Below, piece by piece: positions 39,441 through 52,726 of a stretch of 64,000 bases of DNA. Position numbers and translations under genes: made by a program. The stretch covers positions 21,204,001 to 21,268,000 of the forward strand of contig OZ316775.1 of NCBI GenBank assembly GCA_973851085.1, in the 5' to 3' direction. The DNA comes from Ptychomitrium polyphyllum (Eukaryota). The stretch's first letter is position 1, and each line of letters opens with the position of its first letter. The notes below the pieces were generated by a model. The model did not search any database. It worked only from the letters and a program-made list of their open reading frames with translations, and was not told the DNA's origin.

Positions 39441-42400
39441 ACCCGTGAGCCCGACAACAGGAAAAAGAAAACTCTGCCAACAGAGCAGCACAAAACTGCA
39501 ATACTCAAACGAAACTCAAAGCCCTAACGCTGCAAGTGTCCGCCTCGATCCCCTTGTAACGAACGACGTCCAGACTAGGACGACAGCAATTCCTGCACAG
39601 CTTGCAGGTTTGCCTGCACAAACACCGGACGCAACACCCTCTGCAAACTATCAAATCTATCATATCGACATCTTGAAGGGCTCCCTTCCAATATAACCTC
39701 TATATTTTGTAGATTTATATTCCTGGTGATGGATGGACGGTGGCGATGAAGCTCCGGGCTGGGATTCGGGTCTGACTGCCAGGTGCAAGTTCCGAGTTTC
39801 ACACTTTGGTCACTGAATCCCACGCTAGTTGGAGTTTCTTGAAGGACTTGGCTGAGATTTCCAGGGTTGAATTCCAATATGCTTGACTTCTAAGCTTTTT
39901 TCACTTCAACGCTCAAGTTTTAGGTGTTGATTGTGAAGTTTTGACCTACTTTCATGCCCTCGCAGTATGATTGTAGGGGTTCATATCTTCATTTTGTCAC
40001 TCACCGTGCAAGTAAGCAAAGAAAGATGAGCCAAGTTTGCAAGATGGGATGTTCAGATTTTGAATTTGGTTGATCTTTCATGGTTGGTAGACATCAACTG
40101 CAATGAAATAAGCAATTTTTGAGTCCTACCATTGTCAAAGTGTATGGCCATTTATTCTTGCAGGGATTTGTGAGAGTTGTAATTTCATGGATGCTTATGA
40201 GTGGACCGAGTAAGCACCGGGTATTGATAATGAAGGTGGCAAAGCATCCCAACATGATATGTCTATGTGAGGTGTTAGACAAGTCAAGTGAAAATTTATA
40301 TTATTGGACTTGGTGTTTGGCGTGGAGTTGTTTGATAAAACTGTAAGGCACTTTTCTAGTCCATGCTTGGTGATGTACAAATCTCCATTTTAATTCAAAG
40401 ATCTGTGTGTGAGCTTGAAGACGACGCATGATAAATAAAAATAAAAATGGCTTATGTTTGAAATGTGTCATGTACATTATAAACAATTCAATGAAGAATA
40501 GTCTTGCAAGTATTTCCAACAATTTATAGATGCTAATGATTATTGTCATAGCAAGTGTGTTCTACACAAAGATTTGAAGATATAAAGTCCTTTTCTACTT
40601 GTAAAATTTAAAGTTTGTATTCTACATTTGTGTTGGAGATGATTTGCTCTTATTGAATACAAGATTTTTTATGACCAAATGAAAAATTTGCATTAATAAA
40701 CAATTATCTATTTTTGCAATAAAAAATCTTCTTTTGAATGTAAACAAAATCTATAAAGTGAGAATTTTGGACTAAATGCATTATATTATCATATGACGAT
40801 ATAGTTTTGCTATATAGTTGTTTATTGTATTGATATTTTTAAAGATGGATAATATTCTATAGCTTAATATTGTGATGTTTTAAGTTTAAAAATAAATTAT
40901 CTTTTTTGTGCATTTCCTATGAAGAGAGTCTAAAGAAAAGTTCTTATATTCATGTAATAAAAAGATATCCTTTTAAAAACAATGTATAGCATTTTAAACT
41001 ATATTGTACCAAAACAATGTTATTGAAAAACCTTCTTTTTGAAAACAAATGATTAAAGTGATGTATATTGATATTTACATGGTAATTCAAGCATACGCTA
41101 AAAAAAAAATACCATAAATACATGGTTGTTAATTGTAGTGAAGAGGCTAAAACATATTTATATTGAATTTGTTAATTCAAAAACGCTTTTAATGGACTAT
41201 GGCAAGTTTTGACAACTATAATTATGATGGTACAATGGTAAACATTTTGTGGCATAATTCTTTTTGTATTGATAGTTGGAGATATTCCATTTAAAAAAAT
41301 TGACGTTAAAAATCACTATAATAAGGTGAATTATTTTACAATAATAAATTTAAATATTGCCACATCAAAGAAGAATATATAATTAGACAATATATATCAT
41401 TTTAATGATATCTAAATTTTTTTTTGTTTGCTTGATGTTTAGAAAATATAACATGCAAATTTTTTGTGTTGTTTTTAATTTTCACAAAGCACTAGATTAT
41501 TGCTATTAAAGATTTTGAATTCTAATTTTTAAATAATAGATATTTCAAAATTTTCTTTTGATTCGTTTTCATTATAGCAAATTTATCTAAAAATGATCAA
41601 ATATAGACTTTATATCATTAAAACTTGTAGTTTGTGCTTTTTTAATGTTCCAAAAAAAAGACATAATAGAAAGATTATAAAGATATTTTCTATAAATCAA
41701 TTTATCTTCTATTAAATAATTAAAAATATATAGATGAGAATTATAATGTCTTCTTAGAGGTAGTACTTTGTAATTTATATACAAGTTAAATTGAGAAGCA
41801 TAACTTATCTTATGGCCTTAATTGCTTTTAAACATTATATTTCTTACTATTTAGAGATTTAGATATATCATCTTAAAATGGAAAAGCATACAAATGCAAG
41901 AAAATTTTGTAAACAAAAAATCAATCAAAGATATATTACTATATACAATGAATACATTCAAATTCATAATAGTATTCCAAAGATTGAATCTTTATATTCT
42001 ATTTGATAAATAAGAGATAATTTTTTTTTAATATTATTTTTACTTTTCAAATTTTTATTGAGTTTATTAATATTAAGTAAAAAATATAAAAGCGGTTTCA
42101 AAGTGTCCATGGCCTTAAGTTGTGAAAATATAATTTATCTTGAATGAATGAGAACTTTTACTAAATTGATGATGTATTAAATTAAACAATTTTTTTGTTT
42201 ATTTGTTTGTTATTTTGTTTTTATTTTTTAGATTATATGCTTTTGTAGGTCATGAATGAAAAGTTCGGCCTAAATGAGAATGAAGTTTCTAAAGTGGTTG
42301 CAAAATTGAGTGGTTATTTGAGTATGCATTACACTTCATTCTATAATAAATTTAGAATAGAAGCACACAACTAATTTTTATATAATTTATAAATAACTCA

Positions 42401-43229
42401 TTTAATTTGAATGCACAATTACAGAAAAGAGAAGAGCATATTGTTTGGAAAATACGTGTAAAAGTAGAATTATTTTCATGCAAATGATAATTTAATGCAA
42501 ACACATTAAAAAAGATGTGCATTCATGTTTCAAATACATGCTTGTGAATTGTAGTTTAAAAATGTTAAGTATAATTATACTATGGAATTTAAACATTTGA
42601 AACCTAATTGATAACAAAATTGATTCAAACATATAAATGTCATATAATCCTTTGAAAAGTCTTCAAACATGTAGGAAGTTTCAGCTTACTAGTAGGTTAC
42701 TTTGGAAAGTGTATAAGATCTATAAAAATCTTAAACAATCAAGAAGAAACATGCGACAAGAACTAAAATTAAAACATTAACAAAGTTACCACATTCAACA
42801 ATACTGAATAAACACAAAAACATTTATCTTGAGGAAAGAATGCACACAGATGTGGCAACACAACAACCAATCTCACCATTTCTATTCTCCCTTTCTTTTC
42901 CTGCAAATCACTTCCACTGCTAAATGTATGTTCTCTTGTTTGAGAGTGCACATACCATAACCATAACCATAACCCCAGTAGCATAAACGGTTAGTTTGAA
43001 AGTTTTGAATGATTTGAGTCGTTTTTAGAAACTTTAATCCAATATAAGATCGGCAGCATTTGAAACCCTACAAAAGTTTGAGTCATTCAAAGGTTGTCTG
43101 GATGTATGCTGGTTACGCAAGCTTTGCTAGTAATCACTTTGTTCGGCTTCTGAATTATTTTGTTCGATGTTCCGGTCGCATTACATCTTCCGAAAGGAGA
43201 CCAGATCCATAATTTCAGTCAGATTATAT

Positions 43230-44800
43230 GGATGCCCTCTTACGTATGGTTCAACAGAATAATAATTTGGTCCCAGTAGACGCATTGGAAACGGAATGCG
43301 GAGTACCTTAGTGAAGAAGACACCGCTTCGCTTCACTTTTGGACAGGGCTTGTTGCTTGTGAATTGTGTAACTTGATGGAGCTGAGAAGCTGTCGATGTA
43401 CAAAACGTAACGTTCGTAAGGTCTTACTAGCCTTCATGCAAGAGCAAGCACCTGCGAGTGCTGGTGGCACAGATGAGGTGAGCCAGTTGCTATCAGTCGG
43501 GCTTGTGAGTACTGTCAAACGGGTGTGAGCAGTGTCAGAGATAGGTGCTTGCATCCAGGTCTTGCTTGCTGGAAACAGTGCAAAAATTCCAGAGAACCTG
43601 GGAGAGGGAGTACTGTAGCCCTATAAAAACCACAACAGAAAGGCAACGAGAAAGAATTTGAAATTTTGCTTGGGCAGGTTTCAGCACATTCCCTATCCGT
43701 CTTTGTAACCCCTTTTTCTACTACGTCACAGGAGCCTCTCAGTGTCATGGCTTAACTCCAGGATCTCCCTCTTCCGTGCTACACTAATTGGCACGGGTGC
43801 GAAGACATTGTCGGAGTAATGGAGCGATTCCAAGTCCAAGGCAGTTAACAGTCATGTAGAAAGGTCCAAAGTCCACTGGAGTGAGGTTGCAAGTATTGAC
43901 GAGCACTCCACAGGGGAAAGCAGAAATGAAAAACAGAGATATCTTTAAAAACTCAAAAAGAAGACACGGTTACTTTTTCATGAAACTTGGTTTGTCGATA
44001 GGTGGCAACAAGTTGATCGTGGATGAAAAATTAGCTGAGGGAGGACAAGAGGAAATTTATAAAGCGGAACACATAAGGGATGATCAGGAAATTGATGCTG
44101 TGGTGCAGGTATTTAAGGAGATGTCTTAGAAAGACTTGTATAAACAAGGCCTCAAGGCACGATCAAACAGTTTGGAGACCAAGGTCCAAGTATTAATTGA
44201 TTTACTAATCCTGTGATTATGGTGTAGCGCTGTTCAAGGATGGCAGCTTTTGTTTTGTAATCCATAGACATTGAAGTGATTTGCGGAAGCTGATCGATGA
44301 CAAAACGCAATCCGACTGCTTCCGAAGGTCACCAGGGCTTTTCAGATTCAATGGCCGCAGCATATAATTTTGATGCCAAGAAGAGGTTATTCTATCACAA
44401 AGTATCGACTTGCCTACTAGTTTCCTATTTTGAGAGTTCAGTTAGAGTGGTGGGGACTGGAGAGCCTCGAAGATACTACTCTGCTTGAAGAATGTGGAAG
44501 ATCGTGATACACATGACTCATTCATAAAGATGGTAGATGTATATCCTCTTGGCATGGTATGCTATGAAATTCTGCCTGGACTCCTTCCTTTTGAAGGACA
44601 TCTTACAAGTGATTACGAGATTATGCTCAGTGGACAAAGACCTGACCTCCCTACGTCTGTTGATGTTCGGCTTAAAATTTGATAATCAAATACTGGCATG
44701 AAAATATGCCATGAAAAACCTGCTATGAATATGTTGTGAAAGAATTGAAAAACCACTTAGCATCGAAGAGAGAGCATTTTCGTACATATGCTGTTGAGGC
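43230..44800 (+). pseudogene. protein kinase pseudogene (TKL/MLKL-like)
   Basis: KLIVDEKLAEGGQEEIYKA...VVQVFKEMS*, then FCFVIHRH*SDLRKLID, VRVVGT and VDVYPLGMVCYEILPGLLPFEGH...SGQRPDLP. There are stops and frameshifts, and the catalytic-loop region appears lost. The 5' boundary is uncertain. Confidence 0.8.
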
Positions 44801-45953
44801 TGCTATTGTATAAGCTGAGACAGTTTGGGAAACCGCTATCATGTGTTTAGGTTGAAGGTTCCATTGGTAATTGACATTTATAATGTTACAGCAAATTATT
44901 GAAGTTTGGATATTTTATGTTGTTGAAACAAGGAGGTGGCCACTCCATCTAGTCAGGCTTGGTGTCCTATTACTGCTGTAGCAACATTTGCTTCATCTCA
45001 TTGTAAGCATCATGGGATGAAAGTAGTAACATACACGTTTCTAAACCTTCAGTCTGTTTTACTTCTTGAGTTACAAACTCTGCAAATACTGTAAGTGCAT
45101 CTGCACATTGATACCAGTTGCAATAACAGTCAACATTTACTTAGTTATACCATTGAGATGGCAAGTGAAATGAAAATTTGTGAAAACGACTGGATTACTG
45201 CGCCAATCATACACAAACGTACAACACCCAACAATTCCCTGAGTTGCGGACCTCAGAATCTCGGATTCGACGGTAAATTTTTTAAGGAATTCAATAGTTT
45301 CGTTAAGTAGAAGCTGCCCACTTTTCAGTACTTTCAGGCTTCATTGGTGTCTCAGCGTCAGTCTGAACTTAAACAAGGTACAAGCCACTGAATCACGCCA
45401 TCCAGAATTCATTTGATAATCCTCAGTATATATAATGAATTGATCCTAGGTTCAGAAATCTACCTTTTGAACCTCATCCCTTCACAGAGAACGCAATTCG
45501 AACCTTTTGGTGGAACACAGTGAAAGAGTTCAGACATGAAATGAAAGATTAACTTGCTCTCACAAATTTTGGTTTGATGTGGCAAAGTAACGCTCAGTCA
45601 ATCTACACAACGCTGGGAGCTCTTGTTAGCGCCCTGTTAGCGCAACAAACAGGTTCAGACCATCGTCATCTCTATCTGCTGCACGACAGCCTCAGGCAAT
45701 GCCCTCTTCTAATGAAACAAAAATGTATCTAGAGGGCGATAATGATAACGATACGCATGATGATACATTAGGAGTTCCTACTTGTCTGGACTTCTCGGAT
45801 AGAAATACACCAACAAATGGATAGAAAAATTTCGAGATCCATTTCGAGGTTCACACCCACTTTCAACGAAGGTTCAGCTACATAAGCATAATGTAAACAG
45901 GCTTGAAAAGAATGATCTCAGAAATACAAGAGGGTCTTATCTGAGTTCAAACT

Positions 45954-48055
45954 TCAGCCATCAGTCGATCCAGATGAGTAGAGCACTGGAGAAAGCATGC
46001 CCTCAGGCAGATGATCGTCTGGGTTAGGTACCAGCACCCTCACGTCGGCAGGGTAATCAGAGCGTGGTCCAACGGTTGCATAGTGGGCGATAAGTTGGCC
46101 TGGCTGTGTAGCTCTCGGGAGACTGATTTCCAAATTCAGATACGGGCGAGACAAGGCCATGAGGTGCTCTCCTGCTTCCACAGCCCAGTAGCCTTGTACC
46201 CACAAGAACTTGAGAGAGCTCATCGCCACCACTGCCGCAGCAAGGCCCGCCTCTCCAAACGGACAGTCACGAATCTCCAGTCGCTGAAGGCGCTGGGCTT
46301 TGTAAGCCAAATTGGCCAACCCCAGATCAGTCTCACCTGTGCAGCCCAGAAGCAGCCATTTTAAATTGTGGCCATACTCGCCGATGTAGCCCATCCCTCG
46401 GTCCGTCAAGCCCCCATGGCGCAAGTACACGGCCATTTTAGACAAGTTTCGACATCCTTTGAGCAGTAGCTTGATCCCATCGTCCAACGGCAGGTCCACG
46501 ATGCGCTTGGTAGTCGCCTCCAACACCAGGCGGAAGTCCGTCAGGTGCTCGCATCCGTGTCCCACCATTGCCAGGGCGGCGTTCGTGATGTCGGACACGT
46601 ACACGACCAGCTGCTGTAATTGCCCACACCCCTGCGCCACAGCCACTACACCTCTTTGAGTGATGGTTCCTGCGTCGTCGTGCTCAACTCGCAAGCGCCT
46701 CAACCTCTTGCACGTCTTGCCCAGTACTTCCATTGCCTCGTCCCCAACTCCATTCCTTATCTGCTCAGCAACCAGTCAATATAACCCAAGGAGATCAGTA
46801 ATCTTACGAAAAAATGTTGATCCAAATTTGCCACTATGAAGCACGCAATATAATTTCAGATATTACTTGGGCATGACTATTGTACCTGAAGCTCTTCCAG
46901 AGCATGGCACAGACTGAAGACCTGGCAGTAAGCTTTTCTGCTCAGAAGTGTGAACTTCAAATCCAGTTTCTTAAGGTTTGGTGCGATGGGGAGAATCATG
47001 GTCAATCCAGAGTCGTCCATGCCCCACAGCCCCGAAAGAGCCGTCAAGTTTGAAGGTAAAGAGATAGGCACATAGGATCGACTGTCCTCATCCCCGAGAT
47101 AACTGCACGACCCTGCACCCAGTTCCTGGAGAGACGAGGCTCTGCAGATGGCACCGATCGTGTCCATCATTTCCATTTCACCCACTTTTAGAGACACTAG
47201 CGCTTTGCATTTGTCCACTAACAAGCCCAGATCTGCAACCTCCACATCTTCGACCCCTTGGACAGCGAAGTTCAGCACCTCCAGAACTCCTGAATTGTGG
47301 ACAGCCAGTGCTTTTAGCCACGCTCCTCCTTCATCCGCGACGTCACTATCCTCGATGCTCAACGTCTTCAGGGATCTGATTTCAGCCAATTTGAATCAAC
47401 GACGCTTCTTACGATTGCAGCAGCAGCTTATGACCAGATCTTTGCCACCTATCGCGTTAAAAATCGTCAATGCCAATGTGCCAGGAAAAGGCGACACACG
47501 AATACAGTCTCAATCCAAAAATTTAAGGATTATGGTTTGGTAAGCTTACCGACAGCATTGAGCGACAGGCAGGAGGCCAGCGGTGGAGAAGCCCGCGCAC
47601 TTGTGCAGGTGCAACACTTGCAAGACGACGTGGAAGGGCGACGATGCCACTAGAGCCAAATCCGCGTCCGAGACCTGGCAGCGACGAAGCTGCAGCGTCT
47701 GCAAACCGGAGTACGCTCTGCCCAGCTCCCGAATCCAGGGCTGCGCATACCCGCCCCAGTGGGGCACCAGCAGATCGTACTCCGCGGCGCGGGGCTTGCC
47801 CTTGATCTTGACCCCTTCCAGACGCGAGAAGCGACGCGTGAGCACCTCCGGGCTCGTGGAGTACATGTACGCTATGGTCACGAACTTCCGGGTGGCGCCA
47901 TCCACGCGCCGCCATTGCTGGCACACCGTCGACACCGCCGCCCTGTCCTGCGCGCTCTCCACATACTTCAACACGCACGCTAACGTTTCGTCCGACAAAA
48001 GGCCACTCCCGAGCCCCCCCGCCCAGAATCCTCCTCGTCTCCTTTCTCCCTCCAT
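45954..48055 (-). CDS. COI1/TIR1-superfamily F-box-LRR protein (COI1-like, possibly XFB clade), about 600 aa
   Basis: Three exons 48055-47550, 47375-46886 and 46760-45954, the COI1/TIR1 layout. F-box LSDETLACVLKYV..AQDRAAVSTVCQQW, KIKGKPRAA, LHKCAGFST.GL, WL..LA..NS, RLRVE, VYVSDITN, FRLVL...DLPLD.G, YLRHGGLTD.G, LLGC.GETD.GL, LEIRDC and LWVQGY. Confidence 0.92.
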
Positions 48056-48689
48056 CTCTACACCTGCTCCCAACCAACCAACCCCTCACTCTCTACCAGC
48101 GCAGACCACCCCGCATTCTCCCAAAACCCTATGTCAAAACGCTGTCTCCTCTCGCCATCTCTAGCCACCGCATCCCAAAAATCTTACACGTCCTCACTGC
48201 TCCCCCTCTTCACAAAACCCCACATTTTCTCCCTACCCCCAAAAAAACAACAGTTTTCTATTTAGATTCGGGTGCAGTGTGCCGCCGCCGCTCAGATTCG
48301 CCACAAGCATGGCAGGTTCTTCTATGTTACAAATGAACTAACTTACATGGCCTAGTCCTGCACATCTGCGATCCTTGCAAGATCCGCCAGAGTAGCAACG
48401 ATAGCCTGCCCGCAATCTCACTGTAGAAAAGAGACTTTGGGGTCCACAAGAATGGTTTGGTATCTATTCCACATGAAAAGCTGAATACTGTCGCATCTGA
48501 ACAACCAGGCAGAGACAGTCACACCATCAGTCCTCATAAAGAGCCTCGAGAGGTTCTGCGCCCTGCGCGAGAGAGCGGCCTGGTCGTTATATCCTCTGAT
48601 AGACTGAGATTCCTGCAAAAGATGCTCCGCCTCGCACGGAAGGCCCAGAAATATGGAAAGAGCTTCCTTGGATAAACTCACTCGTCAAT

Positions 48690-49260
48690 CGTGACTCCCA
48701 GGCACTTTGTTTTTTGGGATTTGGATTCTGTACGGCTTGTCCCAGTTAAAGGATGATGACTGGCTGAGAGACTTGCAATTTGTGGAGTCTAGAATATAGC
48801 AGAGGCAGGCCTCATGTAGACAGGTATATGTCACATAACCCAGTTCTAATGCCAGGTTCCTCAGCATCCTTGAATTAGAGGGTTCCAAGGAAAGGATACA
48901 GTGCATTTACTAACTTAAGCCAACACTAAATAAGAAACAAGAGGTATGCAAGCCGCTTCCCAGCCCTGCATCCTTACCTGCACCATATCCTGCATCTATT
49001 AATGGGAATCTGAGAAATGTTCAAGTAAGCTCATATAAGTGGTACTTAGAATTACAACGATAAACCCCTGCTTACTTTGGCACATGAACTTACGACCAAG
49101 TCTGCATAGCAAAAACGCATTGTTGGCATAATCATTTTCATAGAACTCTGCAACCCACGTCCCCAGATGACCACACTTTGGGAAAGGTGTTGCTTTAAAA
49201 CAGATGCCATAATGAGCGACATACGAAGTTGACTTTTTTGCCACAAGCTTTGTATGTGAA
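48690..49260 (-). pseudogene. decayed PLS-class PPR fragment
   Basis: FYENDYANNAF, KQGFIVVILSTTYMSLL and MLRNLALELGYVTYTCLHEAC resemble PPR P/L helices (GY..NG.A.EAF; M...G..PD.VTY..LL.AC). Broken frames. Confidence 0.55.
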
Positions 49261-50073
49261 ATTTGTAACGACTGAGCCCTTTATGAGGCAGAACCTCGTG
49301 GCCCCTATTTTGTGCTCATACTAGCTCTCTTCAAATTCATCCATGATCTCACCTCTTGCTTCATCTCATTTGTAATTATGATTGAAGTAATATATTAACA
49401 CAAAAAAAATTCAACCACTTGACATGCAAGAATCTTGGGTCACTCACCCACGTTTTGAAGCAAACAGGACAAGTTTACAAATAACTCTACAGCTTGTGCA
49501 TGTGGAGTTCAGCAACATTTAGACACCAAGACCTAGCGGCTCATTCTTCACAAGGAAATTACAATCAAATAAGGTGGATTTGATACACATTTGCAAAGCA
49601 CTATCCCTCGAGTCTGCAACATCATAAACGAAGAGATTCAAAACTCTTATCACTCTCATCAGCGGGAACCTCAAAAAAATCCAAATCACTTCAACACGAG
49701 CCCTTCCTTCACTAGAAAGCTCACAATCACATCTTTCAAACGAAATTTTACGTTCCCGGTGCACTTTCTGCATCAAGTAACCACATCTCAAAAGCTCTCC
49801 TGGAACGCAATATAGAAATCCAGCAACAATGATGACTGTGTACAGCCAAAGGTTTTCATACAGTGAGCAAGCATGTTCGTGAAAACCACTAAACCTTGTT
49901 ATACTAAGAAGTCAAGGGCAACCCGTCAACCTTAAGAACTTGCAACCAGATGTAAACATTGTCAGCTCGAAGACCTACAGACACTAGCACAGCTCAAGAA
50001 AACCATACAGACCATATTGCGAAAGGCAAAATTTGAATAGGAGAGCACCGAATGATTACTATCGTGTATTACC

Positions 50074-51810
50074 TCACTCTGCCGAAATAGAAGTAGGCCT
50101 ATTTTGTTGGATTGAGCGTGAAAGTAAATCATGCAGCAAAATACCAGCTGCAACACTAACATTCAAACTATCTATTGCCTCCGCCGCCGCCTGTAATTCA
50201 GATCCAAAAGGCCTGACTTCACTTTCAACATCCTGCACGAGGGACGAACTTTCAGCACTTAAAGTTGCGCCGAAACCCTTGATTGAGACTAACTCCGTGC
50301 AGGATCGCTTAACGTTGGTACGCAATCCGCGGCCCTCATTACCTAGCACTAGAATTGTCGGGAAACTTGGCTCGAGATCCTGAATCGGGAGCGCTCTCGG
50401 TTCAGAGGATGCCCCAACTGTCCTCCACCCATTCAGCACGGACGTATCCAGAAACTTCATCATGTTCCGGCATGACTGAATCTCCATCACCTCCAAAGCT
50501 CCTGCGCTTGCCTTGCTCACCACCCCACTCAAGGGTGCCGAGTTTTTGGCACAGACAACGACTCCTGTGGCACCCAAGTAATGACATGACCGTAATATGG
50601 CTCCGAAGTTCTGAGGGTCGATAACTTCGTCCAGGGCAACCCACACTGGAGACCTTCCATCCTGAGTAGCTGGTCTTTCAAGAAACTCGCAAGGGACTAA
50701 CTCCAGTGGCGAGGCATCCAACACCAGACCCTGATGCGGCCTGTTGTCCACCAGCAGATTCAGGTTTTGCTTCGACACGGTTTCCACCTTCATCTCGAAG
50801 TTATGCGCTCTGTTGATAATCCAATTCACAGCCTGCTTGTCTTTCCGCTTCCCAGAGGTGATATTCTCTACCAAGCTCTCTTGCACATACAAGGTGTAGA
50901 ACTTGCGCCGCTCGGCCAACAGAGCCGCCCGGACGGGTGCAACCCCGTACAGGGCCTCGCCTTCCAGCCTCCAATTCATAGCCTCTCTCTTGGGCCAGTC
51001 CTCGGAATCCAGTGAATCCTCCTCCTCGTCGCCATCATCCTCACTCCTCTCCCTCCTGGGCATGCGTCTCGTGCCGCCATAACCCCCTCCTCTATCACTC
51101 CTGTACCCACCCGACCCCTCTCGAGAACCAGTGCGTCCTGCTGAATTGTTCCCCCAGGAAGGTTTGCTCGACCGCCGCTCTGGCGCAGTCTTGCTCCAAG
51201 TCGAGGTCATCCGCTTGTCGTCGCCACCGCCCCTGCGATCTTCACCATTCGTGTCACCCCACTCTCTGCCTGCAAAGCTCACGGCCTTGCTGTACTGCGA
51301 CTCTGAGCTCCGAGGACGATCGGCGCTTCTAGGGGCGACATTCTTCGTCGCCCCTGCGTCTGCATCATTCCATTCTCGCCTCCCGGATCTTGAATCCCTG
51401 TAACCTGCTGTCTTGTTATCTGGAGCCCTACGGTAAGGTTTCTCCCTGCCCTTCTCTATCGTACCCGCCAAGCTCGATTCTCTTGAGCTCCTCTCACTCG
51501 CACTCCCAGGCTTTTGTCCCTTGGCACGAAAGAACTCCTCCGCGGCTTCTTCCCACACGCTTTGGCCGCTACCACTCGCCTGAGCGTGGGGGACAAGCCG
51601 AAAGCTGAGCCTGGAAACGCAACCAGGCTTGACCGCAGGAAAAAGAGAGAGATTACTAAGAGACCCGCGCTCAACGTAGTAACTGGAGCTCTGGAGGATA
51701 TATTTAGGGTTTAAGGAAGGTTTAAGAAGGGAGATGGATTTCAACATGGTGAAAAGGCCTGCGGGGCGTCGCAGAGCAGGGGGCAGGGGAGAGAGCAGGG
51801 ACGATGACAT
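50074..51810 (-). CDS. SpoU/TrmH-family organellar rRNA 2'-O-methyltransferase (MRM1/RlmB-like), intronless, 578 aa
   Basis: Transit-peptide-like start, long low-complexity linker, then GEALYGVAPV, HQGLVL, WVALDEVIDPQNFGAILRS, VVSKASAGALE, LVLGNEGRGL and DSLNVSVAAGILL (SPOUT motifs). Confidence 0.93.
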   Translation of the reverse strand: MSSSLLSPLPPALRRPAGLFTMLKSISLLKPSLNPKYILQSSSYYVERGSLSNLSLFPAVKPGCVSRLSFRLVPHAQASGSGQSVWEEAAEEFFRAKGQKPGSASERSSRESSLAGTIEKGREKPYRRAPDNKTAGYRDSRSGRREWNDADAGATKNVAPRSADRPRSSESQYSKAVSFAGREWGDTNGEDRRGGGDDKRMTSTWSKTAPERRSSKPSWGNNSAGRTGSREGSGGYRSDRGGGYGGTRRMPRRERSEDDGDEEEDSLDSEDWPKREAMNWRLEGEALYGVAPVRAALLAERRKFYTLYVQESLVENITSGKRKDKQAVNWIINRAHNFEMKVETVSKQNLNLLVDNRPHQGLVLDASPLELVPCEFLERPATQDGRSPVWVALDEVIDPQNFGAILRSCHYLGATGVVVCAKNSAPLSGVVSKASAGALEVMEIQSCRNMMKFLDTSVLNGWRTVGASSEPRALPIQDLEPSFPTILVLGNEGRGLRTNVKRSCTELVSIKGFGATLSAESSSLVQDVESEVRPFGSELQAAAEAIDSLNVSVAAGILLHDLLSRSIQQNRPTSISAE

Positions 51811-52726
51811 CACGCAGGCTGCAGCCTGTCAAATGGAGCGTCTCTGCCGACCCGCATGAGGTCCCCTCCTCTTAAACCTCTGCCAACACGCTAAGTCACT
51901 TCAACTTCGCAGTCTACTTCCGCTGCAACGGCACAGACTTGATGTCTGCGAGACAAAGAATTATAACTAACACCGATCAGCTAACACTACTACATACGCA
52001 AGATTCTCAAGATGTGAAAGAGTCCCCACTTCTGGTACTCAGACAGCACAATGCAGAGAAATGCAAAGAAATAAGAATGACATCGAAGGGGACGACGATA
52101 CTCACCGTCCTGTGCAGAAAAGTGAAACTGGGAGTTGATGAAATTTGGGAGAAGAATTGGTGGGAGGAACCACTGAGCTTGGTGGAGCTGCGAGGCACGA
52201 GCTCCATGGTTGTGGAGAAAATAGGGCAACCGGCAATCCACTTCCAAGTTCCAACATTTCCCAGTTCCGAGATAACGTTCCAGAGTCAACAAGAGTGGAT
52301 GTTCATTCATCCGTTATCTTCTTCAACAAAGTTCGTAGAGGAAGTTGCGAATGTGACGCTAAGAGTGTGAGTCGATTCTGTGATCCCAGACTGAGTGATT
52401 GTGTCTGATTCCGATTTCAGCTTCCTGGTCGCGAAACTCGTAGAACTTTGCCGAGTTTCGACCGTTTTCGAGAAGAGTTCATTCGCAGCTCTGGTAAGTT
52501 GATTTGAGCTCGGTGTAGCTATCAGTTGGTGTCCCTGGTGTCTCGCGGGGTTTGTGGGTTTGGTCTATTTCTGCTTTTTAGGATTAGATTCCTCAGTATT
52601 GTAGATGGATTGAGCAACGGACATCAGCATCTTGACTTGGATTTTTGCAGGGTCCTGGATTGATTGAAGAGCTGAGGGAGCTTTGAGAGGGTAGGAAAGG
52701 TCTATCGTTCGCCTGTTTTAGATGTC

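Noticed and set aside
39193..39696. 167-aa plus-strand ORF and other ORFs antisense to real exons (also 47583-48164, 31657-32166, 50033-51608)
   Set aside because: They are shadow ORFs of GC-rich coding exons with no recognisable motifs.
24388..48055. PXN, peroxidase and COI1-like gene as an oxylipin gene cluster
   Set aside because: They are spread over 24 kb with unrelated genes between them and no biosynthetic enzymes, so the linkage is most likely coincidental.
51939..52370. 143-aa ORF between the MRM1-like gene and the small membrane protein gene
   Set aside because: No recognisable domain, and it lies in the divergent promoter/5' leader. It cannot be supported as coding without expression or conservation data.
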